From NCBI GenBank assembly GCA_965203175.1, contig OZ241867.1:2080001-2144000 (forward strand): a DNA stretch of 64,000 nucleotides, read 5' to 3'. The position numbers and the translations under genes were made by a program. The stretch's first letter is position 1, and the number at the start of each line of letters is the position of its first letter. This document shows, piece by piece, positions 48,503-57,655 of this stretch. A model generated the notes under the pieces. It was not told the DNA's origin. It did not search any database and worked only from the letters and a program-made list of their open reading frames with translations. Source of the DNA: Candidatus Latescibacterota bacterium (GTDB lineage Bacteria; Latescibacterota; UBA2968; UBA8231).

Positions 48503-49264
48503 ATGCTCCGATTGTCACCCCTAACCCAATACAAGGACAAGATGGGACGCGAGTTTAGCATGATCTTCGACCGCCTGAATAACGACTGGGCCTCTGCTCT
48601 CATTAGATACAAGGAGTTCCTAGAACTGTTCGGCAACACCGAGCGTGTAAAGCTCTTGAACGCGATCGGCGGCGGGTTGTTCTGGGATGTTCAGCAGATG
48701 TCCCGGAATGACTTGATATTGCGCTTGACGAGATTGACGGACCCTCCGCAGAGTGCCAGCAAGGACAACCTGACGGTCCAAAGACTGCCGGCCCTCTGCG
48801 ACGATCTGGAGCTACGGCAGGAAGTATGCCGTCTCGTTCAGAGAGCCGTCGACGCCGCGGGGTTTGCCCGCGACTGGCGAAATCGGTACATCAGTCATTC
48901 GGATCTCACTCGGGCAATAGACCCAAGCGCGGAGCCACTGGCCGAGGCTGATCTACAGAAGGTAAAAGCGGTACTGGATGCGGTACACGCCGTCCTGAAC
49001 ACGATTAGCGTGCGTATGCTCGGCAACGGGGGTATTCGAAACGACGTTATCATCACGCCCCGTGCGCGCGCCTTCCTAGCCTATGCTCGCCAGCTTGTTG
49101 ATGCTGTGCAGTACGTCGACTCCCTCATTGATCCGAGCGGCACCGTGTCCTTCTCCGACACAACAGCCGCAGCAACTTTCCTGCATAAGCTCGATCGCAG
49201 GCCAGAGCGGGAGGAGACGAAACAGGTCATCGAGTTACGGGAAGCAGCCCGAATGTTCAGATAG
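48503..49264 (+). CDS. HEPN AbiU2-like protein
   Basis: LILRLTRLTDP...NLT and WRNRYISHSD (R-x5-H); start uncertain (48503 or 48542). Confidence 0.7.
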   Translation: MLRLSPLTQYKDKMGREFSMIFDRLNNDWASALIRYKEFLELFGNTERVKLLNAIGGGLFWDVQQMSRNDLILRLTRLTDPPQSASKDNLTVQRLPALCDDLELRQEVCRLVQRAVDAAGFARDWRNRYISHSDLTRAIDPSAEPLAEADLQKVKAVLDAVHAVLNTISVRMLGNGGIRNDVIITPRARAFLAYARQLVDAVQYVDSLIDPSGTVSFSDTTAAATFLHKLDRRPEREETKQVIELREAARMFR

Positions 49265-49296
49265 AGTGTATGGGCCGTGGCTCCAGCCGCGTCAAT

Positions 49297-49806
49297 TTAT
49301 CTTTTTCGATCCTTGTAGCGGCGGCCTCGGTCTTCGACGCGGCGCTCGCGCACTAATTCCATTACCGGGACGCCGTAGCCGCAACTAGTGCCGGTCAGTT
49401 CGACTTCCACTTCGATTACTTGGCGTTTGGTGCGCAGGTGTTCGGACTCCGTTTGCAGGAGCAAGGCGGCGTGAGGCGATTCTTCGAGCGGGGTGGCCGT
49501 GGCTTTGCCGTAGAGGCGGATGATGCCGGCGTCTTCTCCTTCAAAAGAACAGACCATAACGGTGATCGGGCCACCGGCTATCGCATGACGCGCTGTTTCG
49601 TTGCCGCTGCCCAAGTAGTCGAGGAAGGCCACGCGGTTGGGGTCAATCACATGTAGGGGTACGCCGCCCTTGGGCGAAAGGTTGATTGGGCCAATGCCTT
49701 CGGGACCGGGGGCGAGCGCGGGACCGGCGGAAGCGACGAAGAACAACGGCGCGTTGTGGATCAGCGCAGCTTGGTCGTCGGTGATGTAGGGATAGTAGGT
49801 GGCCAT
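49297..49806 (-). CDS. Pyridoxamine 5'-phosphate oxidase family (FMN-binding) protein
   Basis: LFFVAS, NLSPKG, LDYLGSGNET, IRLYG, TSCGYGVP. Confidence 0.9.
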   Translation of the reverse strand: MATYYPYITDDQAALIHNAPLFFVASAGPALAPGPEGIGPINLSPKGGVPLHVIDPNRVAFLDYLGSGNETARHAIAGGPITVMVCSFEGEDAGIIRLYGKATATPLEESPHAALLLQTESEHLRTKRQVIEVEVELTGTSCGYGVPVMELVRERRVEDRGRRYKDRKR

Positions 49807-49895
49807 AGGTTTTTTCCTCGTTGGGAGGCAGGTTTTGCGTTTGCAGCATGTCATGTGTTGGGCTGCATTGAAAATCCGTGGGAACTGATTTTCGC

Positions 49896-50156
49896 TCAAG
49901 CGGCTGCGTTCTGTTTGATCTCCCAACCGGGGAAGACCAAAACAGCCGGATGGCACTGCAAGGCTTGCGCTAGTACTTTGGCGCGTTCAACTCCAAGCTG
50001 TACGCGGTTATTTTCGATGGCTGAAATAGTAGATTGGGGAATGCCAGTACGTCGGGCCAGTTCATTCTGGCTAAACTCCTGAAGCTCGCGGATAATACGG
50101 ACGGACTCACCTACAGACACCTCAACCTGCTTCTTGGCACGGCGGTAATTTTTCAT
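49896..50156 (-). CDS. XRE-HTH antitoxin (HigA-like)
   Basis: SQNELARRTGIPQSTISAIEN; immediately downstream of the toxin. Confidence 0.88.
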   Translation of the reverse strand: MKNYRRAKKQVEVSVGESVRIIRELQEFSQNELARRTGIPQSTISAIENNRVQLGVERAKVLAQALQCHPAVLVFPGWEIKQNAAA

Positions 50157-50157
50157 T

Positions 50158-50439
50158 TCATGGTCTCCGATAGTCGTGTGGCGTCAGACTGACAACCTGT
50201 ACGAGGATTTCGCTGGCTTCAATTTTGTATATGACGCGATAGTGAAGGCCGAGCCGGGACGATCTGTATCCTTTCCATTGACCTCGCAGTGCTTCGTCGT
50301 GAAATCCTTTGATAAGCCTCAAGCCTTCGGGACCAGAGATCATAACGAGATCCTTCCACTTTTCGTAACGCTTGAGGATTTCTTGGGGCATGGATTGTAG
50401 CTGCTTATCCACCCTCCGGTGTTCGAAAATACTCCACAT
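50158..50439 (-). CDS. RelE/HigB/YoeB-like mRNA interferase toxin
   Basis: DEALRGQWKGYRSSRL...YRVIY...HDY. Confidence 0.88.
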   Translation of the reverse strand: MWSIFEHRRVDKQLQSMPQEILKRYEKWKDLVMISGPEGLRLIKGFHDEALRGQWKGYRSSRLGLHYRVIYKIEASEILVQVVSLTPHDYRRP

Positions 50440-50473
50440 ACCATATAAAGTATAGATTGATTATGGTATGTCA
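50436..50473 (-). promoter_or_regulatory. TA promoter/operator
   Basis: Perfect 10-bp inverted repeat ACATACCATA (50436-50445)/TATGGTATGT (50462-50471) overlapping TTGACA and the start codon. Confidence 0.7.
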
Positions 50474-50584
50474 AATTCATGGGGACCGCCACTTTTATTC
50501 GGCAAACGCGCCGGACGTAGAGTTGGACAGTATATAATCGGTTACAGCCGTAAACAGGACGCGTTTGGGCAGGCTAGTTGTGTC

Positions 50585-52363
50585 TTAAGTAAGCGCTTCG
50601 TTGTATTGCAATTGATGTAGGCGGGCGTAGATGCCATCTTGGGCTAGGAGTTCTTCGTGGCGTCCCTCTTCGCGCAACTGACCCCGGTGCAGCACTAAAA
50701 TTTTGTCGGCGCTGCGGATGGTGGATAGGCGATGGGCAATGACGATGGAGGTGCGGTCGCGCATGAGTTTTTCCACCGCGTCTTGGATCCAGCCTTCGGT
50801 CTCGGTGTCGATGTGGGCGGTAGCTTCGTCCAGTACCAGAATGTCCGGGTCGGCAGCTAGGGCGCGGGCAAAGGACAATAGTTGGCGTTGGCCGGCAGAC
50901 AGGGCCCCGCCGCGCTCTTGCACGTCGTGGCGGTAAGTGTCGGGTAGGCGGTCGATAAAGCGGTCGGCGTTGACATAGCGGGCTACCTGCGCGATGGCTT
51001 CGTCCGACAGCTCGGGAGCACCGAGGCGGATGTTGCTGGCAATGTCGCCGGCGAAGAGAAAGACGTCTTGCTGCACCAGACCGAAGCGCCGCCGCAGTGC
51101 TTCCACATTCCACTCGCGGATGTCGATGCCATCGACCAAGATTTGCCCGCGTTGAATCTCGTAAAAGCGGCACAGCAAGCTGATGATGGTAGTCTTGCCC
51201 GAGCCGGTGGCTCCGACTAAGGCCAAGCTCTGGCCCGGCTCGGCGCAGAAAGAGACGTCACGCAGGACCCACTCTTCGCCTTCATAAGCAAACCACACGT
51301 GGCGGAATTCAATGGCGCCGGCGATGCGCTCTTGGCACACGGGACCGCCGATCGGCTCTGGCTTGGCGTCCATCAGTTCAAAGATGCGCTCGGAAGAGGC
51401 CATAGCCATCTGCACGGTGGCGTATTCCTCGGCGAGGTTGCGGATGGGCATGAAGAAGCGGGGCACGTATTGCAGCATGGCCACCAAAACGCCCCAGGCG
51501 ATTTCCTCGCGCAGCACTTGGCCGACGCCGTACCACAGCACCAGCGCCATCAGGGCAGCACCGCACAATTCCATAAAGGGGAAGTAAGCCGAGTGGTACA
51601 GGGTGCGCACCAAGCGGGCGTCGAGGTATTCGTCGGTGCCGTGGTTGAAGCGGCGGGCACTGCGCGGCTCGCAGTTGAATAGTTTTACGACTTCTATACC
51701 CGACAAGGTTTCCTGCAAATCGGCACTGAAGCGGGCAAAGCGAGTGCGGGCTTGGCGAAAAGCCTGGAAGGTGCGGTTTTGCAGCCACAGGGTAGCGGCG
51801 AAGGCCACGGGCAAAAAGGCGCAGGTGAGCAGACCCAATTCGACATCGAGATAGTAGAAAATGTAAAACAGGATGGAGGCGATGGTGATGGTTTCGGTCA
51901 CTAGGGAAACCGCGCCGTAGGTGAAAAATTCGTTGAGCGCATCGACATCGCTGGTATTGCGCGCCATCAGCCGACCGATGGGTGTGCGATCGAAGAATTT
52001 GAGCGGCAGGCGCTGTAGGCAGGTAAAAATGTTCAAGCGCACGTCGCGCATGGTCCACTGCCCGACCATGCTGGTGATCCAGCTCTGGGCGTAGCCAATG
52101 GCGAATTGGGCCACCAACAGTGCGGCGAAGAGCAGGACGAGGGTGCCTAAGCCATCCAAGTCACTGGGTACGATGTGCTCGTCAACGGCTATTTTGGTCA
52201 GGACGGGACCGGCTTGGCGGGCTAGCGAGGCGGCGAGGATGAGTACCAACGTCGAGACCGCCCAAGGCCAGTAGGGACGCAAGAAACCCAACAGCCTAGC
52301 CATCAGGCGGAGATCGATGGATTTTTTGTCGATTTCCTGCTCGTCGCGGATGGTTGGCGGCAT
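50585..52363 (-). CDS. ABC exporter TMD-NBD subunit (MdlB-like)
   Basis: GATGSGKT, LSAGQRQ, LDEAT, IAHRLST. Confidence 0.93.
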   Translation of the reverse strand: MPPTIRDEQEIDKKSIDLRLMARLLGFLRPYWPWAVSTLVLILAASLARQAGPVLTKIAVDEHIVPSDLDGLGTLVLLFAALLVAQFAIGYAQSWITSMVGQWTMRDVRLNIFTCLQRLPLKFFDRTPIGRLMARNTSDVDALNEFFTYGAVSLVTETITIASILFYIFYYLDVELGLLTCAFLPVAFAATLWLQNRTFQAFRQARTRFARFSADLQETLSGIEVVKLFNCEPRSARRFNHGTDEYLDARLVRTLYHSAYFPFMELCGAALMALVLWYGVGQVLREEIAWGVLVAMLQYVPRFFMPIRNLAEEYATVQMAMASSERIFELMDAKPEPIGGPVCQERIAGAIEFRHVWFAYEGEEWVLRDVSFCAEPGQSLALVGATGSGKTTIISLLCRFYEIQRGQILVDGIDIREWNVEALRRRFGLVQQDVFLFAGDIASNIRLGAPELSDEAIAQVARYVNADRFIDRLPDTYRHDVQERGGALSAGQRQLLSFARALAADPDILVLDEATAHIDTETEGWIQDAVEKLMRDRTSIVIAHRLSTIRSADKILVLHRGQLREEGRHEELLAQDGIYARLHQLQYNEALT

Positions 52364-54108
52364 TAGAGGTCGCTCAATTCCTCGGTGAGGTGTTGGCGGC
52401 GGTACATGTCGGCGTATAGGCCATCGTGCGCGAGCAATTGGTCGTGGGTGCCCTCTTCGATAATGCGCCCTTCATCGAGCACAATGATGTGATCCGCGGC
52501 CATGACGGTGGAGATGCGATGGGCGATGAGGATGGTGGTGCGCTCGGCCATGATGTCGCGCAGGCGCGTGAGGATTTGCTCTTCGGTGCGGGTATCGACG
52601 CTGGCCAAGGCGTCGTCTAGGATGAGGATTTTCGGTTGTCGCACAACTGAACGGGCTAGGGCCGTGCGCTGCTTTTGTCCGCCCGACAGGGTGACGCCGC
52701 GCTCGCCGACGATGGTGTCCAGCCCCTGGGGAAAGGTCTTGAGGTCTGTGGCTAGTTGGGCTACCTCGATGGCGCGTTCGACGTCGTCCGAGGAGGCCGA
52801 GTCAAGGGCGATGTTGTCGCGGATGCTCTCGGAGAACAGGAAAGTGTCCTGCGGCACGTAGCCGATGGCGCTTCGGAAGGCGCGCATTGACATTTGTTCG
52901 ATGGGTTTGCCGTCGATGAGGATCTGGCCCTCGCCGGCTTGGATGAGGCGGGGGATGAGCCGGGCTAGCGTGCTCTTGCCCGACCCGACCCGACCGACGA
53001 TGGCCAGGGTGCTGCCGGCCGGAATGTGGACATCTATATCGCGCAGCACGGCTTGGCCATTGTACGCAAAGGAGGCGCGGCGGAATTCGATTTCGCCTTT
53101 GATCGCTAAGTCGTCGTCTCGGTACTGGTCGGGCTGGGGCTGTTCTTTGAATACGGACTCGATGCGCAGCATGGAAGCCATGGCGCGCTGGTATTCATCG
53201 ACGATGCGGCCCATCATCATCATCGGGCGGCTCATGCGGATCAAGTAGGCGTTGAAGGCGACAAAGGCCCCCAAGGTGAGCGTCCCTTCGACGACACGGG
53301 TGCCGCCCAGCCACAGGATGAACAACATGGATAGGCCGCTGATGAGGAAGGTGAAGGGGAAAAACGTGCTGTAGAGGTAGATCAGGCTGCGACTGCGCTC
53401 GACGTACTCATCATTGAGCTGGGTGAAGTGGTCGATCTCGCCGCGGCGGCGGGCAAATGCCTTGACCACGCGCATGCCCGAGAGGTTTTCCTGCAAGCAG
53501 GTGCTAATGGCGGCAAATTGCTCTTGGACCATGCGATAGCGCTGGCGCACTCTACTGCCTACGAAGCGCAGGATCACAGTCATAATGGGCATGGGCAACA
53601 GCGCGTAGAGGGTCAGTTCCCAGTCGTACAGGCACATGGCTACCATGCTGAAGCTGAAGCCGAGGATGGCGCTCAGGAACATGCGGAAGCCGTGGCTGAG
53701 GTAGCGCTGCACGGCCTCGACGTCGTTGGTCGCTCGCGCCATCAAATCGCCGGTGCGGGCCTGTTGGAAATAGCCGAGGGGCAAGGTGAGCAGGTGGGCG
53801 AAATAGCGCTGGCGGATGTCGCGCTCGACGCGGTACGAGGTGGAGGCCAAGTGCCAGCGCATGCCAAAGGCCATGCTCCACTGCGCTAGACCCAAGCCGA
53901 CGATGAGGGCGGCGTAGCGCGTTAGGAAAGTCAGATCCGGTGCGGTTTGATCTAAGCTGGCCCGGGCTTGGTCAATGGCGCGTTCGAGAATGAGGGGTAT
54001 GGAGACGGAAATGAGCTGTTCGCCCAGCAAGAAGGTTAGGCCGATGACTAAGGCCCAGCGGTAGGGGCGGAGGTACGAGGCGAACGGTTTGAAGGGATTG
54101 AGACTCAT
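52363..54108 (-). CDS. ABC exporter TMD-NBD subunit (MdlA-like, degenerate LDD site)
   Basis: TGDLMARATND, GRVGSGKS, LSGGQKQ, LDDALASVD. Confidence 0.93.
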   Translation of the reverse strand: MSLNPFKPFASYLRPYRWALVIGLTFLLGEQLISVSIPLILERAIDQARASLDQTAPDLTFLTRYAALIVGLGLAQWSMAFGMRWHLASTSYRVERDIRQRYFAHLLTLPLGYFQQARTGDLMARATNDVEAVQRYLSHGFRMFLSAILGFSFSMVAMCLYDWELTLYALLPMPIMTVILRFVGSRVRQRYRMVQEQFAAISTCLQENLSGMRVVKAFARRRGEIDHFTQLNDEYVERSRSLIYLYSTFFPFTFLISGLSMLFILWLGGTRVVEGTLTLGAFVAFNAYLIRMSRPMMMMGRIVDEYQRAMASMLRIESVFKEQPQPDQYRDDDLAIKGEIEFRRASFAYNGQAVLRDIDVHIPAGSTLAIVGRVGSGKSTLARLIPRLIQAGEGQILIDGKPIEQMSMRAFRSAIGYVPQDTFLFSESIRDNIALDSASSDDVERAIEVAQLATDLKTFPQGLDTIVGERGVTLSGGQKQRTALARSVVRQPKILILDDALASVDTRTEEQILTRLRDIMAERTTILIAHRISTVMAADHIIVLDEGRIIEEGTHDQLLAHDGLYADMYRRQHLTEELSDL

Positions 54109-54139
54109 GCGCTGTTTGGTGGGCCGCTAAGGCCCTACT

Positions 54140-54186
54140 TAGACTATATATGTTTATAAACCGTGTCAAAGCAGGACGATTAGGAG
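54140..54186. promoter_or_regulatory. 47-bp divergent promoter/RBS element, copy 1
   Basis: Minus strand TTGACA-17bp-TAGTCT; plus strand TAGGAG RBS; 43/47 identical to 57360-57406. Confidence 0.8.
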
Positions 54187-54196
54187 ACCCATCCAA

Positions 54197-55024
54197 GTGA
54201 ATGCCTTCCGAATGACTCCTGACGAGATTCAGCGTTGGGAGCGCGATGGATATTTTGTGCGCGAGAACGTCTTTTCGTACGAGGAAAACGACCACTTGCG
54301 GCAAGTGGCCGAAGACATTGTAGCGGGGAAGCGCAGAATACCAATGGCCCACATCGACCACAATGCCTTGATCCGAGACGGCAAAGACGCGCGATCTGGG
54401 ATCTATGGTATGCACAAGATCCATCACCCCAGTTGCTACATCCCGGAGTTCCTCGCCCGCGTGCGGGATTCGCGTCTGACCGATCCGCTCGTCGATATTC
54501 TTGGCCCCGACCTTCTGGGCATCAACAACCTCTTCATTTGGAAAGCTCCCGAAATCGGCTTGGGCTTCCCTTGGCACCAAGACAAGTTTTACTTTGGCAA
54601 ACGGTTCAAAACAGCAACGACCGTCGGCACTTGGACGGCCATTGACCCAGCAGATCGCGAAAATGGGTGCCTATACGTGATTCCGGGTAGCCACAAACAG
54701 GCCATTGCCGAACACGACGACATTGAGGGGGCGCAGCAGACGGAATTCAAACTGGCCCGCAATGCCCGCGACGAGGACGGCATTGCCGTGGAAGTTCCTC
54801 CCGGTGCGGTCATCTGGTTTCACTCTCACCTGTTGCACAAAAGCACCAATAACCACAGCCAGCGATTTAGACGCAGCTATGTGTCGCATTACTTAAGCGC
54901 ACAGGCAGAATGGTATAGTCCAGAAAAAGCTGGCAAAGGTCAGCCGGTTATGTGGGTAAGGGGACGAACGTTTCCCGGTAAAGTTCGGGAGGTTACACGA
55001 GACGTTCTTCCCGTTCCCGACTAA
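54197..55024 (+). CDS. Phytanoyl-CoA dioxygenase (PhyH) family 2OG-Fe(II) oxygenase
   Basis: DGYFV, WHQD, NGCLYVIPGSH, LHKS.N.S..R. Confidence 0.92.
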   Translation: MNAFRMTPDEIQRWERDGYFVRENVFSYEENDHLRQVAEDIVAGKRRIPMAHIDHNALIRDGKDARSGIYGMHKIHHPSCYIPEFLARVRDSRLTDPLVDILGPDLLGINNLFIWKAPEIGLGFPWHQDKFYFGKRFKTATTVGTWTAIDPADRENGCLYVIPGSHKQAIAEHDDIEGAQQTEFKLARNARDEDGIAVEVPPGAVIWFHSHLLHKSTNNHSQRFRRSYVSHYLSAQAEWYSPEKAGKGQPVMWVRGRTFPGKVREVTRDVLPVPD

Positions 55025-55044
55025 GGTTAAGAGAGAGCACATCC

Positions 55045-55566
55045 ATGAAAACGGTCACTCTTGTCGTCGTTCTGCTCTTTTTCGGTGCTCTTCACATACA
55101 AGCTCAGTCAGGGCGTACCGATCAGCATCGCATGCGGGCGGAGCAGCTTAGTTACGAAGAATTCGCCAAGTCTGTGGAGTGGACCAGAAGTCGCTTGATG
55201 GAGTTTCGGGAATTCACCCGTTTGCTGTTTGAACACTGCAATTTGGAAAAGGTGCGCGAGCAGGGTTTGTTCGATACGTACGGACTGCCGAAGGACACGA
55301 CAGTAATTTTCGAGGTTCCTTTAGAGAAACTCGATGAGTACTCCATCCTAGACTGGGCTGTGCAATACATAGGCTTCGAGAACTTAATGCTGAGTATTAC
55401 TGGCTATGGATTGGTCAGTCGAGCGGAGATATTGAGGCTGAAGGTTGAAAACATGAAGCTGTCGAATGCGCCGGCCGACACGACTAGGAAATTGGAGTTG
55501 CGGTACTTGGAAGCGCAGAAGGAGCTTGACGAGTATGAGCGGCCCCCAAAGCTTGGATCACTTTAG
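55045..55566 (+). CDS. Secreted hypothetical protein whose C-terminus is replaced by IS3 sequence
   Basis: Signal peptide; IS starts at 55536; the original tail YLATQRWVD* resumes at 56769-56798. Confidence 0.75.
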   Translation: MKTVTLVVVLLFFGALHIQAQSGRTDQHRMRAEQLSYEEFAKSVEWTRSRLMEFREFTRLLFEHCNLEKVREQGLFDTYGLPKDTTVIFEVPLEKLDEYSILDWAVQYIGFENLMLSITGYGLVSRAEILRLKVENMKLSNAPADTTRKLELRYLEAQKELDEYERPPKLGSL

Positions 55567-56426
55567 ATGTGAGTTGGCCGGGTCTCGGCGGGCTGATAGT
55601 TTAGGGCTTGGGCAAATTCATCGGGTGTTTTATATCCGAGGCTACTATGGGGTCGTTGCTGGTTGTACAGGCACCGATAGTCCTCCACGACGACGCGGGC
55701 TTCGGCGATCGAAAAGAAGATTTCTGGCGTAAGACACTCGGCTCGAAAACGGCTATGAAAACTTTCGATGAGGCCATTTTGCCACGGGCTACCCGGCTCG
55801 ATATACAGCGTCTGGATGTCGGCGGCAGCGCACCAATCCTGAATGAGTCGGGCGATAAATTCCGAGCCATTATCCGAGCGCATAAACGCCGGTGCGCCCC
55901 ACGCTTCGACCAGCGCTTGAAGCGTATCCAACACGTGGTCACTGGGGATCGAACGCGCCGGGTGAATGACCAAACACTGCCGGGTATATTCATCTACGAC
56001 CGTCAGCATCTTCACCGGCCGACCGTCGGTGGTTCGATCCAAAATGAAATCCCATGACCAGACATGGCCGGGATAGGCCGCCTGCACCGGAGTGCGCCGC
56101 GCCGACCGGGGGCACCGTTTCCGGCGCTCCACCGGTGGTACGCCTAACCCGGCTTGCCGCCGCACCCGCTGGACGCGTTTGCGATTGACCGTCCAACCCT
56201 CGCGGCATAAGAGCTGATGAATAAGCCGATAGCCCCAGCGCGGATGCTGTTTCGACAAGGTGATAATGCGCTGCTCCAGCCGCTGCCGCCGGTCGGTGGG
56301 GCCTTGCGGCCGATGATAATAACTCGAGGGCGCCAGCCCGACCACAAGGCAGGCCCGCCGCGTCGAGCACATCCCCTGTTCGGCGACATAGTGGACGGCT
56401 CGTTTTTTATGCGACGGGCTTACCAT
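55563..56426 (-). CDS. IS3 transposase OrfB (DDE integrase core)
   Basis: WSWDF, VDEYTR, SDNGSEF, PGSPWQNGLIESF, RPHSSLGYKTP. Confidence 0.95.
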   Translation of the reverse strand: MVSPSHKKRAVHYVAEQGMCSTRRACLVVGLAPSSYYHRPQGPTDRRQRLEQRIITLSKQHPRWGYRLIHQLLCREGWTVNRKRVQRVRRQAGLGVPPVERRKRCPRSARRTPVQAAYPGHVWSWDFILDRTTDGRPVKMLTVVDEYTRQCLVIHPARSIPSDHVLDTLQALVEAWGAPAFMRSDNGSEFIARLIQDWCAAADIQTLYIEPGSPWQNGLIESFHSRFRAECLTPEIFFSIAEARVVVEDYRCLYNQQRPHSSLGYKTPDEFAQALNYQPAETRPTHI

Positions 56427-56695
56427 TTTTTTGCGTTGATCGCTTGCAACACCCGATTATCCAGCATCGCTTCGGCCAGCATCTTTTTCAACTCGGCGTT
56501 TTCTTTTTCTAACGCTTTCAAGCGCTTGGCATCGGCTACATCCATACCGCCGTATTGCTTTTTCCAGCGATAGAAGGTGCCTTCGGCGATGTTATGCACG
56601 CGACAGAGTTCGGCCACCGTTTGGCCGCCATCCGCCTGCCGCAAAATGCGGATAATTTGCTCGACAGTACGAGATTTGCTCCCTTTGCGCTTCAT
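56420..56695 (-). CDS. IS3 transposase OrfA (HTH), joined to OrfB by a -1 frameshift
   Basis: TFYRWKKQYGGM...LEKENAELKK; A7 slippery run at the ...KKW* overlap. Confidence 0.93.
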   Translation of the reverse strand: MKRKGSKSRTVEQIIRILRQADGGQTVAELCRVHNIAEGTFYRWKKQYGGMDVADAKRLKALEKENAELKKMLAEAMLDNRVLQAINAKKW

Positions 56696-56804
56696 GAGTA
56701 TGCTCCTCGTTAAGAAACAAGAAAATACTCACATCCAAACCTGTCCAGGTTTAAGGGGGCAGGCCAAGTACTTGGCGACACAACGTTGGGTGGATTGACT
56801 GCTC

Positions 56805-57074
56805 CTATATTCGCTTGAGAAGCCGGTCGTACTCGTGATGTGGACCAATCCAGAACCACACGATATCGCCTTCGTCTAGGACGCCGAGGGCACGATAGTC
56901 AATGCTCACGCGTACCGAGTACACCGGACGCCGCTGACTCACGCGCTTGAAGTCCAAGCTGGGATGACGAGGATCCGACACGAAAAACCGATAGGATTCG
57001 CGTGCTTGCCGTTGTACGTGTTCAGGAAGGTGATGATAGGCATCCCAGAAACTCGTCAGTGTAAACGAACGCAC
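56805..57074 (-). CDS. RelE/ParE-like toxin
   Basis: FWDAYHHLP...DPRHPSLDFK...YSVRV..YRALG...WFWIG.H.EY. Confidence 0.85.
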   Translation of the reverse strand: MRSFTLTSFWDAYHHLPEHVQRQARESYRFFVSDPRHPSLDFKRVSQRRPVYSVRVSIDYRALGVLDEGDIVWFWIGPHHEYDRLLKRI

Positions 57075-57076
57075 GC

Positions 57077-57301
57077 CTATAATTCTTCTATATCGAGAGG
57101 CTGAGTTCGTCCTGTTCGGTGCGCTGCTAGGGCCTCATCGGCCAGCCCCTCCAGCAAATCCTCTGATTCGGAACGGCTAAATAGCTCAGTCCATTGCCGC
57201 TCCGATTCAAGTTCTGCTAGGAGGAAACGCGCAAATTTGTCCTGTTCCTCTTGTGGAAGTTTGGCGGCTCTCTCGAAAGCCTTTTGCAGAAGTTGGGTCA
57301 T
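57077..57301 (-). CDS. Putative antitoxin
   Basis: MTQLLQKAFERAAKLPQEEQD, small acidic protein 2 bp upstream of the toxin. Confidence 0.8.
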   Translation of the reverse strand: MTQLLQKAFERAAKLPQEEQDKFARFLLAELESERQWTELFSRSESEDLLEGLADEALAAHRTGRTQPLDIEEL

Positions 57302-57359
57302 CTGTTTTTGCTCCTCGCTTTTAATTGTCCGATTTGCGCTCTACGGACTGTGCTCAAAC

Positions 57360-57406
57360 TAGATTATACATGTTCATAAACCGTGTCAAAGCAAGACGAT
57401 TAGGAG
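57360..57406. promoter_or_regulatory. 47-bp divergent promoter/RBS element, copy 2
   Basis: Minus strand TTGACA-17bp-TAATCT; plus strand TAGGAG RBS. Confidence 0.8.
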
Positions 57407-57409
57407 CCT

Positions 57410-57655
57410 ATGGAAATCCCTCATAAACAAGTCGAGACACTTCTTCGCGAAGCGTCCGAGCAAAAAATCATGCCTCTCTGGCAAAATCTCAGACAGGGTG
57501 ATGTCGCAGAAAAGACTCCCGATGAAATCGTCACTATAGCGGATAGAAGCTGCGAGTCATTCTTAATGGATCATCTGCCCAAGTTGATGGAGGGGTCGTT
57601 AGTCTTAGGTGAAATTAGTGAAATGCTGTCGGAGGATGACGCAGATGAGAAGTAG
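57410..57655 (+). pseudogene. 5' fragment of an inositol monophosphatase family gene
   Basis: K...EIVTIADRSCE...L...LVLGE matches the IMPase N-terminus and ends before the WxxDPxDGT motif. Confidence 0.75.

Larger units (their letters stand above)
55536..56766 (-). mobile_element. IS3 family (IS407 group) insertion sequence, intact
   Basis: TG...CA ends; imperfect TIRs TGAGCGGCCCCC...GATGTGAGT and TGGCCTGCCCCC...GATGTGAGT; 4-bp target duplication AGTA (55532-55535 / 56767-56770). Confidence 0.93.

Noticed and set aside
33146-50500. Integron cassette array
   Set aside because: No IntI, genes lie on both strands with their own promoters, and no attC-sized RYYYAAC...GTTRRRY hairpins; gctaac-N12-gttagt near 41145 is too short
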